Source: an uncultured delta proteobacterium
Lineage (GTDB): Bacteria > Desulfobacterota > Binatia > UBA9968
Reading direction: 5' to 3'
DNA: 64,000 nucleotides
Assembly (NCBI GenBank): GCA_963847445.1
Contig: CAWJZV010000007.1
Location: forward strand, 224,001-288,000
Shown here piece by piece: positions 33,419 through 45,323 of the stretch (the stretch's first letter is position 1; each line of letters starts with the position of its first letter). The notes below the pieces were generated by a model, which searched no databases, had not been told where the DNA came from, and saw only the letters and a program-made list of their open reading frames with translations. The translations under genes were made by a program, and so were the position numbers.

Positions 33419-35882
33419 TTAGTGCGGCAGAGCGTGACTTTCGCTGGCGGCGGCGGGCGGGGTGAGACGAGTCAGCAAGCTGACGATCGCCTCGTAATTG
33501 ACCGGTTTGGTCAGATGGGCGTCGAAGCCGGCTTCCTGGGTACGCCGCCGGTCTTGTTGCTGGCCCCAACCGGTGAGGGCGATGAGAATCATCGATTTGC
33601 CCCAAGGCTGTTGGCGTATCCGGTTCGCCGCTTGATAACCGTCGAGTCTCGGCATGGCGAGGTCCATTAAGATAATATCCGGCAAGAATTCCGCGGCCGC
33701 TTCCACCGCCGCGACGCCGTCCTTGGCGATCTGTACTTCGTTACCGTCTTTCTCCAGCAGGCGCGCCAAGGTCTCGGCGGACTGGGGGAAATCATCCGCC
33801 ACTAGAATGCGCCGGCTCCGAACCGGCAAGGTACTTTGGTTGATTTGATCTTGTAGCAGGCCGTCGTTCACCGGGCGATGGGCGGTCACGGGTAATTGCA
33901 CGATGAATTCGCTGCCGCGGTTCATGCCCTCGCTGCGGACCTCGACTTTGCCGCCATGCAGTTCGACCAGCCGGTGCACCAGGGTCAAGCCTAGTCCAAG
34001 GCCACCCTCGCTGCGTGTAAACGAGCGGTCCACTTGGTAAAAGAGCTCGAAAACATGGGGCAGGCTTTCCGCCGCAATGCCGACTCCGGTGTCCTTGACT
34101 CGGATGACGACGGTATCGCCGGCCTGCTCGACATTGAGCCAAACATGACCTGGATCCGGGGTGTACTTAGCGGCATTGTTCAAAAGATTCATGAAGACCT
34201 GGGTGAGCCGAAGCCGATCGGCCTCGACGTAGATCGAATCCTGCGACATCGTCACGGTCAGTTCATGTTGCCGTTGGTCGATCAACGGCCGGCTCGATTC
34301 CACCGCCGCTCTGACAATCTCGGTGAGATTGAGCGGTTCCCTTTGCAATTCCAACTTTTCCCGAGTGATGCGGCTGACATCGAACAAGATCGTCGGTCAA
34401 GCGCGTGAGATATTTCACCTGGCGATCGATGATGTCCGGCCCCCAATGTGGATCGGGTAGTGGATGATTCGGGTCTTGTTGTAGGTTGACGACGTTACGC
34501 ACCAGCGACAGGGGATTACGCAATTCGTGGGCGAGGGTGGCTAAGAACTCATCTTTGCGCCGGTCGGCTTCACGCAAAGCCTCGCCGCTCAAACGCAGGG
34601 CGCCGTCGAGACGTAATTTTTCAACCGCCAGCCAAGTGCGTTCGGCGACCATATTGATGAGTAAGACTTCCCGTTCGCTCCACTGGCGCGGCTCGGCGTG
34701 CGCCATCGCCAACGCGGATACGAGCTGCCCGTCGCGCAGCAGCGGCACCGCGACCAAGGCACCGACGCCGACTCGCTGGTAAGACTCTATATGCATTCTC
34801 GTGCGCACATCATGGGCGACATCCGCGATCGTCGTGGTTTGACCGGCGCGGCCGGCCTCGGTCAACAACGGTCCAAACGCGCCCAGCGGATAGGTGCCGA
34901 CTAACGACGGGATATGCGGGTGATAATCGCGCTGAATGACGAAGCGATTCTGCTCCGTATCGATCTCGAGAAACGCGCAGCGGTTGACTTTGACATGTTC
35001 GCCCAAGGCCACCGCAACGACCCAGGTGAGCTCATCGGCGTTGGCCGCGAAGCGTATGCAGTCAGCGAGATCCAAGAGAAACAAGAGTATCGGCTTCGGC
35101 CTGTTTCCGCGCTGTGATATCGCGTACCGCGACGTTGACTCCAAGTAGTTCGCCGCTCGGGTTGTGCACCGGGAAGTAGGTTGCCAGCCAAGAATGGCGC
35201 TCGCCGGGTGCGCTGCCGTAGCACCTTTGATTTCGACATCCAAGACTGGCTTACCGCTCTCGATCACCCGGCGGTAATAAACCTCGATGGTATCCGCCAG
35301 ATCCGGATTGGCGTCCCGAATGGTTTTACCGATAAAATACTCCGGCGCCCGGCCATGCATTTCGGCCAACGCCGCGTTCATCGACAAATAGCGCATATTG
35401 AGATCGACAAAACACAAACCCACCGGTGCCGAAGTATAAATGGTGTTGAGCAGAGCCAGCCGTTCGTTGGCGATACGCTCGCTATCGAGCCGGTCGGCTT
35501 CGACCGAGCTGATGGCGCAGCCCAATGTTGTCACGCTCCAGATCATCAACAGGGCGAAACCTTGATTTTCCAAGCTGGCCAAGCCGGCCAGTCGCCGAGG
35601 TGCGGTGCATGTAATACGCATCCGCCAGTAGCATCACCGTACAGGCTACCGCCACGGCAATCTTTTCCCACTTGCTGGGCAGCGCCACGGCCAACACCAT
35701 TGCGGCGGCATAACTGATTGGAATCGCTATATGCGCCGAAATCCACATGTCGAGGAGGTAAAAGAGCCCGACCAAAAGCACCGCCACGATACAAACGAAA
35801 CGCGAACCGACACCTGGAAGGGAGTGTGGCGTTGGCGCGGTGTGCCGATAGTGGGAAGCGGTACAGGTTGTTGGATATTCAT
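33419..35882 (-). CDS. Hybrid sensor histidine kinase (TM-PAS-GAF-HisKA-HATPase-REC); frameshifted
   Basis: KDEFLATLAHELRNPL, NLLNNAAKYT, DTGVGI, GGLGLGL and receiver motifs LMDLAMP..DG and HLTKP. Confidence 0.92.
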
Positions 35883-36053
35883 GATCGACTAAACAGACAG
35901 CGTAAACTTCAGGAACGATGCCGTAGTGTAACAGACACGCTCTAGATCAAACAAGCATCAATATCTCCGGCCCACGAGTTACGCTTTGGGACGCTTGACA
36001 ACCTCCCGAGCCCAGACAATAGATGACGGAAACAGCTACGATAGGGGGATTCG

Positions 36054-37652
36054 ATGGCCAACAGGGTAAAATATTATCGAGATTTTCGCGAGCATTTAAA
36101 GGCGCTCGAAGAGCGCGGCAAATTAGTCCGCATCCAGCGTGAAATCAACAAAGACACCGAGCTGATGCCACTGGTGCGCTGGCAGTTTCGCGGGCTCGAC
36201 GAACGCGAGCGCAAGGCCTTCATGTTCGAGAGAATCATCGATTCCAAGGGCAAACGTTATTCGATGCCCGTGACCGTGGGGACCTTGGCGGCAACCACGG
36301 AAATCTACGCCATCGGCATGATGTGCGAACCCGAGCAAATCGCCGAGCGCTGGAATCAAGCCCAGTTGAACCCCTTCGACCCCATCAAGGTAACTTCGGC
36401 GCCCGTCCATGAGGTGGTCTGGCAAGGTCAAGATATTCTCAACGGCCATGGCCTCGACATGATCCCGGTGCCGATCTCGACCCCAGGCTTCGACAATGCG
36501 CCCTACTTAACCTCGGCCAACTGGATCACCAAGGATCCCGAAACCGGCATCTACAACATCGGCAACTATCGCAGCCAGATCAAGTCGGCCAACCGCACCG
36601 GCGGCCTGTTCACTACGCAACATATGGGGCAGCACTGGCGCAAGGCGAAAGCCAAGGGGCAACGACTGGAAGCCTGCATCGCCATCGGCGTCGTGCCGAG
36701 CATCGCTTACTCGGCGACTGCCAAGATCCCCTACGACTTCGACGAATACCGCCTTGCCGGCGGCCTGGCCGGCGCGCCCGTGGAGGTTGTGCAAGCGAAA
36801 ACCGTGGACCTACTCGTGCCCGCCACCGCGGAAATCATCATCGAAGGGACGATTCCCACCGACGTCGTCGAGCCCGAAGGCCCGTTTGGCGAATATCCGG
36901 GCTACATGGGGCATCGCACCGAATCGCCATTTCTCGAAGTCACCTGTATCACGCACCGGCGCGACGCGATTTACACCGCGCTGATGAGCCAGTTCCCGCC
37001 CAGCGAGTCGAGCAAGATCAAGCACACCGGCACGGAAAAAATTATTTATAAACTGTTGCGCCATGACAGCGGCAACGCGGCGGTGCTCGACGTCGCGCTC
37101 CATGACGAAGTCAGCGGCAGCGGCCAAGCCTATTGCGTGATCAAAATGCGCAACGCGACCAAAGCCGAAGCCTGGCGCGCGCTCCATGCCACCGCTGGAT
37201 TCACCGGCAGCTACGCTAAAGTCTGCGTCGCCGTGGATGAAGACATCGACATTCACGATCCGGCGATGATCAATTGGGCGATCTGCTACAATATGCGCCC
37301 CGATGAAGATGTCGTAATCTCCAAAGGTAAGATGCCCGGCCTCGATCCGTCGACCTATCCGCCGGGAATGGAAAATCAAGACCGGCGCGCCGCCTCAACC
37401 TCCGCGTTGCTGATCAACGCCATCCGTCCCTGGCCTTATACGCCGGTGTCGCTGCCCAAGAAAGAGTTCATGGAGCGGTCCAAACAGATCTGGGAAGAGC
37501 TCGAGCTGCCGCCGCTCAAGCCGCGCATGCCCTGGTTCGGTTACAGCTTGGGCGCCTGGACTAAGCAAGACGAAGAAGAAGCGGATCTGGCGGTCAAAGG
37601 CGATTACTTCGAAACCGGCAAGAAGCAGACTGGGCAGAGGAAAAAATCGTAA
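36054..37652 (+). CDS. UbiD family decarboxylase (second paralog)
   Basis: YRDFREHL.ALE..GKL, NIGNYR, EGPFGEYPGY and VAVDEDID. Confidence 0.92.
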   Translation: MANRVKYYRDFREHLKALEERGKLVRIQREINKDTELMPLVRWQFRGLDERERKAFMFERIIDSKGKRYSMPVTVGTLAATTEIYAIGMMCEPEQIAERWNQAQLNPFDPIKVTSAPVHEVVWQGQDILNGHGLDMIPVPISTPGFDNAPYLTSANWITKDPETGIYNIGNYRSQIKSANRTGGLFTTQHMGQHWRKAKAKGQRLEACIAIGVVPSIAYSATAKIPYDFDEYRLAGGLAGAPVEVVQAKTVDLLVPATAEIIIEGTIPTDVVEPEGPFGEYPGYMGHRTESPFLEVTCITHRRDAIYTALMSQFPPSESSKIKHTGTEKIIYKLLRHDSGNAAVLDVALHDEVSGSGQAYCVIKMRNATKAEAWRALHATAGFTGSYAKVCVAVDEDIDIHDPAMINWAICYNMRPDEDVVISKGKMPGLDPSTYPPGMENQDRRAASTSALLINAIRPWPYTPVSLPKKEFMERSKQIWEELELPPLKPRMPWFGYSLGAWTKQDEEEADLAVKGDYFETGKKQTGQRKKS

Positions 37653-37705
37653 GCGCGGAAAGGACCGACGGCGGAAGGATAAACTTCGTCCGTCAATCTT
37701 CTACC

Positions 37706-38158
37706 TTAGAAAAGAGCCGGCACCCAACGTTTCACCGACGCCATATAATTCACATAAGGCTGGCCGAGGGTTTGAATGAGCTTTTTCTCGTCGCCGATAA
37801 CCCGGCGGTGAAACCATATTGCCGTGGCGATGGTGATTAACGCTGCAAGCCAGGATTTTAGCGTCAGGGTGAGGCCGATGAGAAAGATCAAGTGGCCCAA
37901 GTACATCGGGTTTCGCGTATAGCGATAGAGACCGGTGGTAACCAACCGCTCCGGCGGCGTTTCCACCCCCGGACCGCCGCCGCCGCGCGTCGCCCGGTAG
38001 CGGCCGCACAGTCGATATTGCAAATAGCCCCAGAGCATCAGCGGCAGGAACCAGAGATTGGCTTGAAGTTGGTTTCGCGCAAACGCCAGCTCCCACGTTA
38101 AGGCGACCGCCGGATAGACGATAAAGGTTCGCACCGGTGTGCGGCTAAAGAATCTCAT
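37706..38158 (-). CDS. Isoprenylcysteine carboxyl/phospholipid methyltransferase family membrane protein
   Basis: LVTTGLYRYTRNPMYLG, E..L...G..Y..Y...V.RW. Confidence 0.88.
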   Translation of the reverse strand: MRFFSRTPVRTFIVYPAVALTWELAFARNQLQANLWFLPLMLWGYLQYRLCGRYRATRGGGGPGVETPPERLVTTGLYRYTRNPMYLGHLIFLIGLTLTLKSWLAALITIATAIWFHRRVIGDEKKLIQTLGQPYVNYMASVKRWVPALF

Positions 38159-38173
38159 CGTTGCCCATACAGT

Positions 38174-38930
38174 ATGTCCTTCGATCTAACCCATATTCTC
38201 GTCGGCGTCGCTTTGTTATTGGCCGCCTTCGTCAAAGGCGCCACCGGTCTTGGGCTTTCCGCTGATTGCGACGCCGATGGTGGCGCTACTTTTGGACATT
38301 CGCGTCGCCGTGACGATACTCATCCTGCCCAATCTTTTGATGGACATCACTCAGGTGTTTCGCGACGGCTTCCCCGACACGGTCCTGCAGCGCTTCAAAT
38401 CTATGATCGGTCTGACCATCATCGGGGTTTTCCTTGGCACGATGGTGTTAGTGATGCTGCCGCTGTGGGCGCTCAATTTGTGTCTCGGCATCATGGTCAT
38501 CGTTTTCGTGGTTTCCAACCTGCTCAAGTTCAACTTCGTCATATCCCCCGCGGCGGAAAAAAAACTGTCGCCGATTGTCGGGCTGCTGAGCGGGTTCTTA
38601 AACGGCATGACCAATGCCGCCGGACCGATCTTGGCAATTTACTTCTACAGCCTAAAATTAGAGAAGCGAAACTTCGTCAAATCCGTCGCGACGATCTTCA
38701 TGATCACCAAGGCAGCGCAGCTGATCGCGGTGTCGACCTGGAATTTATTCAATTGGAATACCCTCACGCTGTCGCTGCAAGTGCTGCTGTTTACGCTGCT
38801 CGGCTTCTTCGCCGGTCTGAAGACTCAGGATCGGGTGAACCAAAAGACCTTTAGCCAGGGGTTGATGGTGCTGCTGTCGATTATCGGTGTGATCCTCATC
38901 GCGCGGGCGCTCACCCAGGCGCTGCAATGA
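38174..38930 (+). CDS. TauE/SafE sulfite exporter family; frameshift ~38250
   Basis: VKGATG.GFPL and G..SG..NG....GP; multi-TM. Confidence 0.85.
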
Positions 38931-38974
38931 GTCTTCATTATTTCGGCAAACGCGCCGAGCGCTATGAATTTTGC

Positions 38975-39698
38975 TCACAGCGCCGGCGCGTAAAGATTAT
39001 TCGGCAAAGCGCGCACGTAATCGATCGCCTCTTTAAGCGGGATCACGTCGGCATACTTCATCGCCATGTCGAACAGATTGATCTTGTGCGAAGCCTGACC
39101 GCGGTCGAAAACACATTCTTCGACCACCGAAACTTTCAGATTATAGGAAAACGCGTCGATGACGCTGGCGCGCACGCAGCCGCTGGTGGTGGTGCCGCAG
39201 ACCAGCAAGCTGTCGGCATGGACCTCGGTCAGCATGCTCATGAGCGCCGTGCCGAAAAAAGCGCTGGGCTTTTGCTTGCGCACGATGATGTCGCCGGGCT
39301 GGGGCGCGATCTCGTCGACGATCTGATTGGCTTTCTCCCATTGCTCGGTCATATCTTCCGTGGATCGGTTGCTCTTGGCCGCCCAACCGCCGACCAGCAC
39401 CGTGCGAATTGGCGCGATTCTCCTCGGCGGTGGTATAAAACGTCGGCACATGCTTTTTGCGAGCTTCGCCGAGCAACTCGCCAATGGCATGGACGCCGTC
39501 CCAACCTTCCTCGCCGCAGCTGGTGCGAAAGCGCTTGACCGACTCGAGAATGGGCTCGGGCTTGTCGCCGGTAAAATTGTAATTGACGTCGATGATTAAT
39601 AGCGCCGGCCGTTGCCCGAGGCCGGCTTTCTTGCCGAAACCGGAAAGCGCAAACACTTCCTTGTCGCGCGGGGTCAAAATATCGTCCCAGGTCGCCAT
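38975..39698 (-). CDS. Isochorismatase-like cysteine hydrolase; frameshift ~39420
   Basis: PALLIID, K.KPSAFFGT and GTTTSGCVRASVIDA. Confidence 0.9.
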
Positions 39699-39781
39699 GA
39701 GAAATCCTCCCTATCGTCAAGTTAGCGCGATGTTCATAATAAACCGGCGGTGATGTCAAGATGATTATCGCCAGCAACTCA

Positions 39782-39810
39782 TTGACCCCAAGCCAGCCGA
39801 CGCTTATAAC
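39782..39810 (+). promoter_or_regulatory. Putative sigma70 promoter
   Basis: TTGACC-N17-TATAAC upstream of the methyltransferase. Confidence 0.45.
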
Positions 39811-39853
39811 GTGGAAAGCGCAGTGACAAGCCGTTAGAGGTGCCACGCCAACC

Positions 39854-40405
39854 ATGAGGCAAATCAGATTGAAGCTGAAATTAGTTTTAGTAATTCTGCT
39901 CGTGTCCAGCTGCGGTTCGCCGGTGGCGGTATGGACCGACGGCGAGGTACCGTTTGTCCGCTCGACGCCGGAAGTGATCGAGCGCATGCTTGAATTGGCG
40001 CGGGTCAAACCTGGCGATGTCATTTACGATATCGGCAGCGGCGACGGCGCGATCATCATCCATGCCGCCAAGAAATACGGCGTCAAAGGCGTCGGCATAG
40101 AAATCGACCAGGATTTAGTCGCCCGCGCGCGCAACAACGCGTATCGGGAGAAAGTCGAACATCTCGTCGAGTTCCGCGCCCAGGATGCCTTCACCGTCGA
40201 CATGTCGCCGGCCACCGTCGTGACGCTGTATATGCTGCCTGAGTTCAACGCCAAGCTGCGGCCGATCATGGACCGCCAGCTCAAGCCCGGCACGCGCGTC
40301 GTCTCCCACGACTATCCTGTGGAAGGGTGGACACCGGACCGCGTGGAACCGGTGCGCGGCGACTTCGTGCATAACCATACGGTGCTACTATTTGAGATCC
40401 GCTAA
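39854..40405 (+). CDS. Class I SAM-dependent methyltransferase with possible lipoprotein signal
   Basis: VPFV.S, YDIGSGDG, GVGIEID, ATVVTLY and LKPGTRVVSHD; LVSSC lipobox-like. Confidence 0.88.
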   Translation: MRQIRLKLKLVLVILLVSSCGSPVAVWTDGEVPFVRSTPEVIERMLELARVKPGDVIYDIGSGDGAIIIHAAKKYGVKGVGIEIDQDLVARARNNAYREKVEHLVEFRAQDAFTVDMSPATVVTLYMLPEFNAKLRPIMDRQLKPGTRVVSHDYPVEGWTPDRVEPVRGDFVHNHTVLLFEIR

Positions 40406-40410
40406 AACCC

Positions 40411-40438
40411 AAAAGGCCCCGCACTGGCGGGGCCTTTT
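40411..40438. terminator. Bidirectional intrinsic terminator
   Basis: AAAAGGCCCCGC-ACTG-GCGGGGCCTTTT between convergent genes. Confidence 0.85.
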
Positions 40439-40460
40439 GGCTTACGCGCTCGAAACAATG

Positions 40461-42002
40461 CTAGTCGCTGAGAGTCGTCGGAAACATCAGCGACTTAACC
40501 GTCACCGGAATGACTTCAGTGATACCCAAGCATTCGCCGATATCGATGTAATCCAGATCGCCGACCTCGATGCCGTCGATGGCGATAATGTCGCGGGTAA
40601 CTTTGAGTTCATCCCTGAGAATGGCGCCAAGTGACTTGGCGATGTCCAGGTCCAGGGTCAAATAGAGCGGACATTTGGCGTCGTCGGCGTCTTTGAGAAT
40701 CTGCGCCACGCCTTCGGCGATGCGCCGGACCGATTGATAGTTGGGCACGCCGCTGACGGTCAATGACAAGGCCAACCCTGACGTGAAGCAGCTCAGGTCG
40801 AACTTTCTGAGCGACTGTTTGATCGCATCGGCCACCGATTCGCCGTCGCGGATCGGCGCTTGGATAACTTTCAAGCCATGCACCGGCAGAGCTTTTTCGT
40901 TGGAGACATAACTGGTGTTGCCGCTCGCTTGGATGGTGTACTCGCCGGCGCCGATGACCGTGGCGCGAATCCCTTCGATGGGCTCGCGCAGGACATCCTT
41001 CGGTAGTTTTTTTAAATAGTCGCGCATGTTCTTGCCGAGCACCGGCCCGATGTCGCCGTAGGATTTGGCATCGCGGTCGTAAACATGCTCGGAAACGCCG
41101 CCGGAAAACACCAGATGCTGTACTTGCTTGAACCCTGTGTAGTTGACGAAAGGCGGGGTCACCATCAAGGATCTCGCCATCGGCGACGTGGGCCCCTGTT
41201 CGATGATCTCGAAGAGAATCTTTGCCATATAGGCGCCGAAGTCTTCTTTCATTTTCTCGCTGATCTTCTCGCCAAGCTCGACTTTATGGCCAAGCTCCTT
41301 CATCATCGTCCGGCCCGGATCTTCGATGCGCGTGATCTGATCCTTTTCATCGAAAGCGATCAGCCGCGCGCCGACGCTGATCGACGCCGTCTGCGTCACC
41401 ATGCCGTCTTCGACCAGAGAAAACTTGGTCGTGCCGCCGCCCATGTCGACGTTGAGCACGGTTTTATGTTCGCCCTTCGACAGATCCACCGCGCCGCAGC
41501 CATAGGCCGCCAGCAAAGCCTCATGATTATGGCCCGCCGCCGCGCAAATGAACTTGCCCGAATATTTGGCGAAGTTCTCGACGATCGGCTGGGCGTTTTC
41601 TTTCTTGAGCGCCTCGCCGGTGATGATCACCGCGCCGGTATCGACATCCTCCGGCGTCAAGCCCGCCTCTTTGTAAGCGTCTTGAATAAACTGGTTCACT
41701 TTGTCGGTATCGATCTTGGTCGCCGAAGTGTAAGGCGTCAGCATGATCGGCGAGCGGTACAACACCTCGCGACCGGTGACGCGGAATTTGCCGGACAACG
41801 ACGCGCCTTCGCGCCGCAGCGTGATATGCGAGAAGATCAAATGCGAGGTCGAAGAGCCGATGTCGATGCCCACGCTCTTGAGCGAGAACATCTCCAATCC
41901 TTCGATGTCGGTGACAATCTCGTCCTCTCCGATGATGAAATTATCCGGATGGTCGTGATCGTAGATATCGTCATGCATCTTTAGCCTCTGTATATCCGCC
42001 AT
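40461..42002 (-). CDS. EutA-like ASKHA ATPase (ethanolamine ammonia-lyase reactivase family)
   Basis: SVGIDIGSST, TGAVIITGE, VDMGGGTT, FSGGV, IRATVIGAG and DYIDIG...PVTVKSL.F. Confidence 0.88.
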   Translation of the reverse strand: MADIQRLKMHDDIYDHDHPDNFIIGEDEIVTDIEGLEMFSLKSVGIDIGSSTSHLIFSHITLRREGASLSGKFRVTGREVLYRSPIMLTPYTSATKIDTDKVNQFIQDAYKEAGLTPEDVDTGAVIITGEALKKENAQPIVENFAKYSGKFICAAAGHNHEALLAAYGCGAVDLSKGEHKTVLNVDMGGGTTKFSLVEDGMVTQTASISVGARLIAFDEKDQITRIEDPGRTMMKELGHKVELGEKISEKMKEDFGAYMAKILFEIIEQGPTSPMARSLMVTPPFVNYTGFKQVQHLVFSGGVSEHVYDRDAKSYGDIGPVLGKNMRDYLKKLPKDVLREPIEGIRATVIGAGEYTIQASGNTSYVSNEKALPVHGLKVIQAPIRDGESVADAIKQSLRKFDLSCFTSGLALSLTVSGVPNYQSVRRIAEGVAQILKDADDAKCPLYLTLDLDIAKSLGAILRDELKVTRDIIAIDGIEVGDLDYIDIGECLGITEVIPVTVKSLMFPTTLSD

Positions 42003-42022
42003 TTTGTCCTACCCCAATAACA

Positions 42023-42052
42023 GGAATCCCCGCTCGCTGGAGCGGGGATTCC
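42023..42052. other. Perfect 13-bp intergenic hairpin between cupin and eutA-like genes
   Basis: GGAATCCCCGCTC-GCTG-GAGCGGGGATTCC. Confidence 0.75.
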
Positions 42053-42081
42053 GTAATCGAATTTTTAAGTACTTACGGTAA

Positions 42082-43215
42082 TTATTGCTTGCCCATCGCC
42101 TTGGACCATTCGTAGTCCGGGTTTTTGTAGCATTCATCAGGCATAATGCTCTTGATGCCGCGCTTGCCCAACTCTTCCTCGAACTTCTGGCGAATAAACG
42201 GATCCTCGTTCGGGTACTCGATCTGATCCTTGGCGCGGTCCTCGACCTTTTCCGCGTGGCCGTGGAACTGCATGGGCGGATGGAGTGCCAGATAGCGCGC
42301 CATATCGCCGCCGGCATTGAAATGTTGATGAAACCATTTATCCGGCGGCGTGATCATGCTGCACTCATGCCACGGACAGACGATTTTCTCTTTGCCCTCT
42401 TCCCACATGATCGAATAACCTTCACCGGCCGGAATGATGATCGCCCGGCCGGGGCCATGGCGGTGCGCTTTCTTGTAGGTCTTGGGCGCGAACACCGACA
42501 TATGGGCGGTCAGTTCGGAATTGGGGAACTGCATGAACACGCTCTTGCCGCCGGCGCCGCGCCGTTCGTTGGCGTCGAGCTTGTTCCAGGCGCGCATGTC
42601 GGGAAAAAAGTTGCCATACCAGAAGGCGCGCATGCCTAAACCTTCGTCGGCGTCCTTGGCTTGAACCATTTTCGCTTCCGAGTAAAAATCGCCCTGGTCG
42701 GCGGTGATTTTCGGCTCGTAGGGATTGTTGAAATACATGTCCGGTTCCGGCAACGCCGACATCGCCATCGGCATATAGCTGTAATGAAAAAGTTTAACCG
42801 GCTTGTCGCCGGTCATGTTGCTGAAGACATGCCAGTGATTACGCGGCACGAGAAACATCGAGTGCTCTTGCCATTCGAAGTTCTTCTTGGCTTTGCCTTC
42901 ACCAGACCACACGGTGGTCAAACCACGGCCGGAGCAAACGTAAACGACCTCATCCAACGCGAACTTGACCGGCGGCAACGACTTACCGGGCGGGACTTCA
43001 GTCACGCGCGCGGCGCTGACGCCTTCTTGGCCCCACAGCTGAATGAAGGCGGCCTTGCAGCCTCTTTCCTCCCACCACTCCAACTCGACGGTGCGCAGAT
43101 CGGGAATAAAATAACCCTTATGGATTGGAATGCCTTTCGACTTCATCCACCGGTCGTAGGTAAATTCCTTGCTCCACATGGTTATAACGGGTTCTTGACT
43201 AGCTGCTTCGGCCAT
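42082..43215 (-). CDS. Bicupin protein (gentisate-dioxygenase-like fold)
   Basis: C-terminal cupin AHRHGPG...WFHQHFN; N-terminal cupin degenerate; AAGGAGG RBS. Confidence 0.85.
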   Translation of the reverse strand: MAEAASQEPVITMWSKEFTYDRWMKSKGIPIHKGYFIPDLRTVELEWWEERGCKAAFIQLWGQEGVSAARVTEVPPGKSLPPVKFALDEVVYVCSGRGLTTVWSGEGKAKKNFEWQEHSMFLVPRNHWHVFSNMTGDKPVKLFHYSYMPMAMSALPEPDMYFNNPYEPKITADQGDFYSEAKMVQAKDADEGLGMRAFWYGNFFPDMRAWNKLDANERRGAGGKSVFMQFPNSELTAHMSVFAPKTYKKAHRHGPGRAIIIPAGEGYSIMWEEGKEKIVCPWHECSMITPPDKWFHQHFNAGGDMARYLALHPPMQFHGHAEKVEDRAKDQIEYPNEDPFIRQKFEEELGKRGIKSIMPDECYKNPDYEWSKAMGKQ

Positions 43216-43253
43216 AAAACTTCCTCCTTACTGCTTGCTCTTATCCTACTTAC

Positions 43254-43670
43254 TTATCTTCTTGTTTCTTTACTAGCAACCTGGAGCCTGGCCAGCGCGC
43301 GCCGCTGAGCTTCTTCCAGTTGCGCATACTCTGGGTCTTCGAAGTTGAGCTCGCCCAGCGCTTTTCGGCGCGCTCCTTGGCGCGCTGCGCCCGCGCCATG
43401 TCGATCTCGCCGGCGAACTCCGCCGCCGAGGCCAGAACGGTCATGACGTTATCCAAGCACTTCGGCATAGCCGCCACCGACCACCAATACGTGACGCGCG
43501 GCGCCTTGCTTGTAGCTCATCTCGCCGGCGACCAAAGTCGACAAGAACGAAATATGATTGGGCAACACGCCGAACTCGCCCAGTTCGCCCGGCGCGCTGA
43601 CCTCGTCGACTTCTTCGTCGAGGACCAACCGGCTCGGGGTTACGACTCTCAGTCTAATTTTATCTGCCAT
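43254..43670 (-). CDS. atpC: ATP synthase epsilon subunit; frameshifted
   Basis: VVTP, PG..GEFGVLPNH, GGYAEV, EID..RA..A..RAE and RA.ARL. Confidence 0.93.
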
Positions 43671-43701
43671 CTTCTCTCGATTGCGAACGTCTATTCCGAA
43701 A

Positions 43702-43788
43702 TTGAACGACTTGAACGGTTTGAACCGTTTGAACGAAATGTGACTTTTCGTTCCAGCCGTTCAAATCGTTCAAACAGTTCAAACCGTT
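43702..43788. repeat. Hairpin with 9-mer tandem arms (atpD-atpC spacer)
   Basis: (TTGAACnnn)x4, short spacer, (nGTTC[A/C]Ann)x4. Confidence 0.85.
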
Positions 43789-43808
43789 AATTCCGCCTCA
43801 ATAACGGA

Positions 43809-45323
<1,515 letters not shown>

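Noticed and set aside
37655-37705. Degenerate GCGGAA(G) repeat after the second ubiD
   Set aside because: Only 2-3 imperfect units; too weak to call, though it may belong to the repeat-hairpin class
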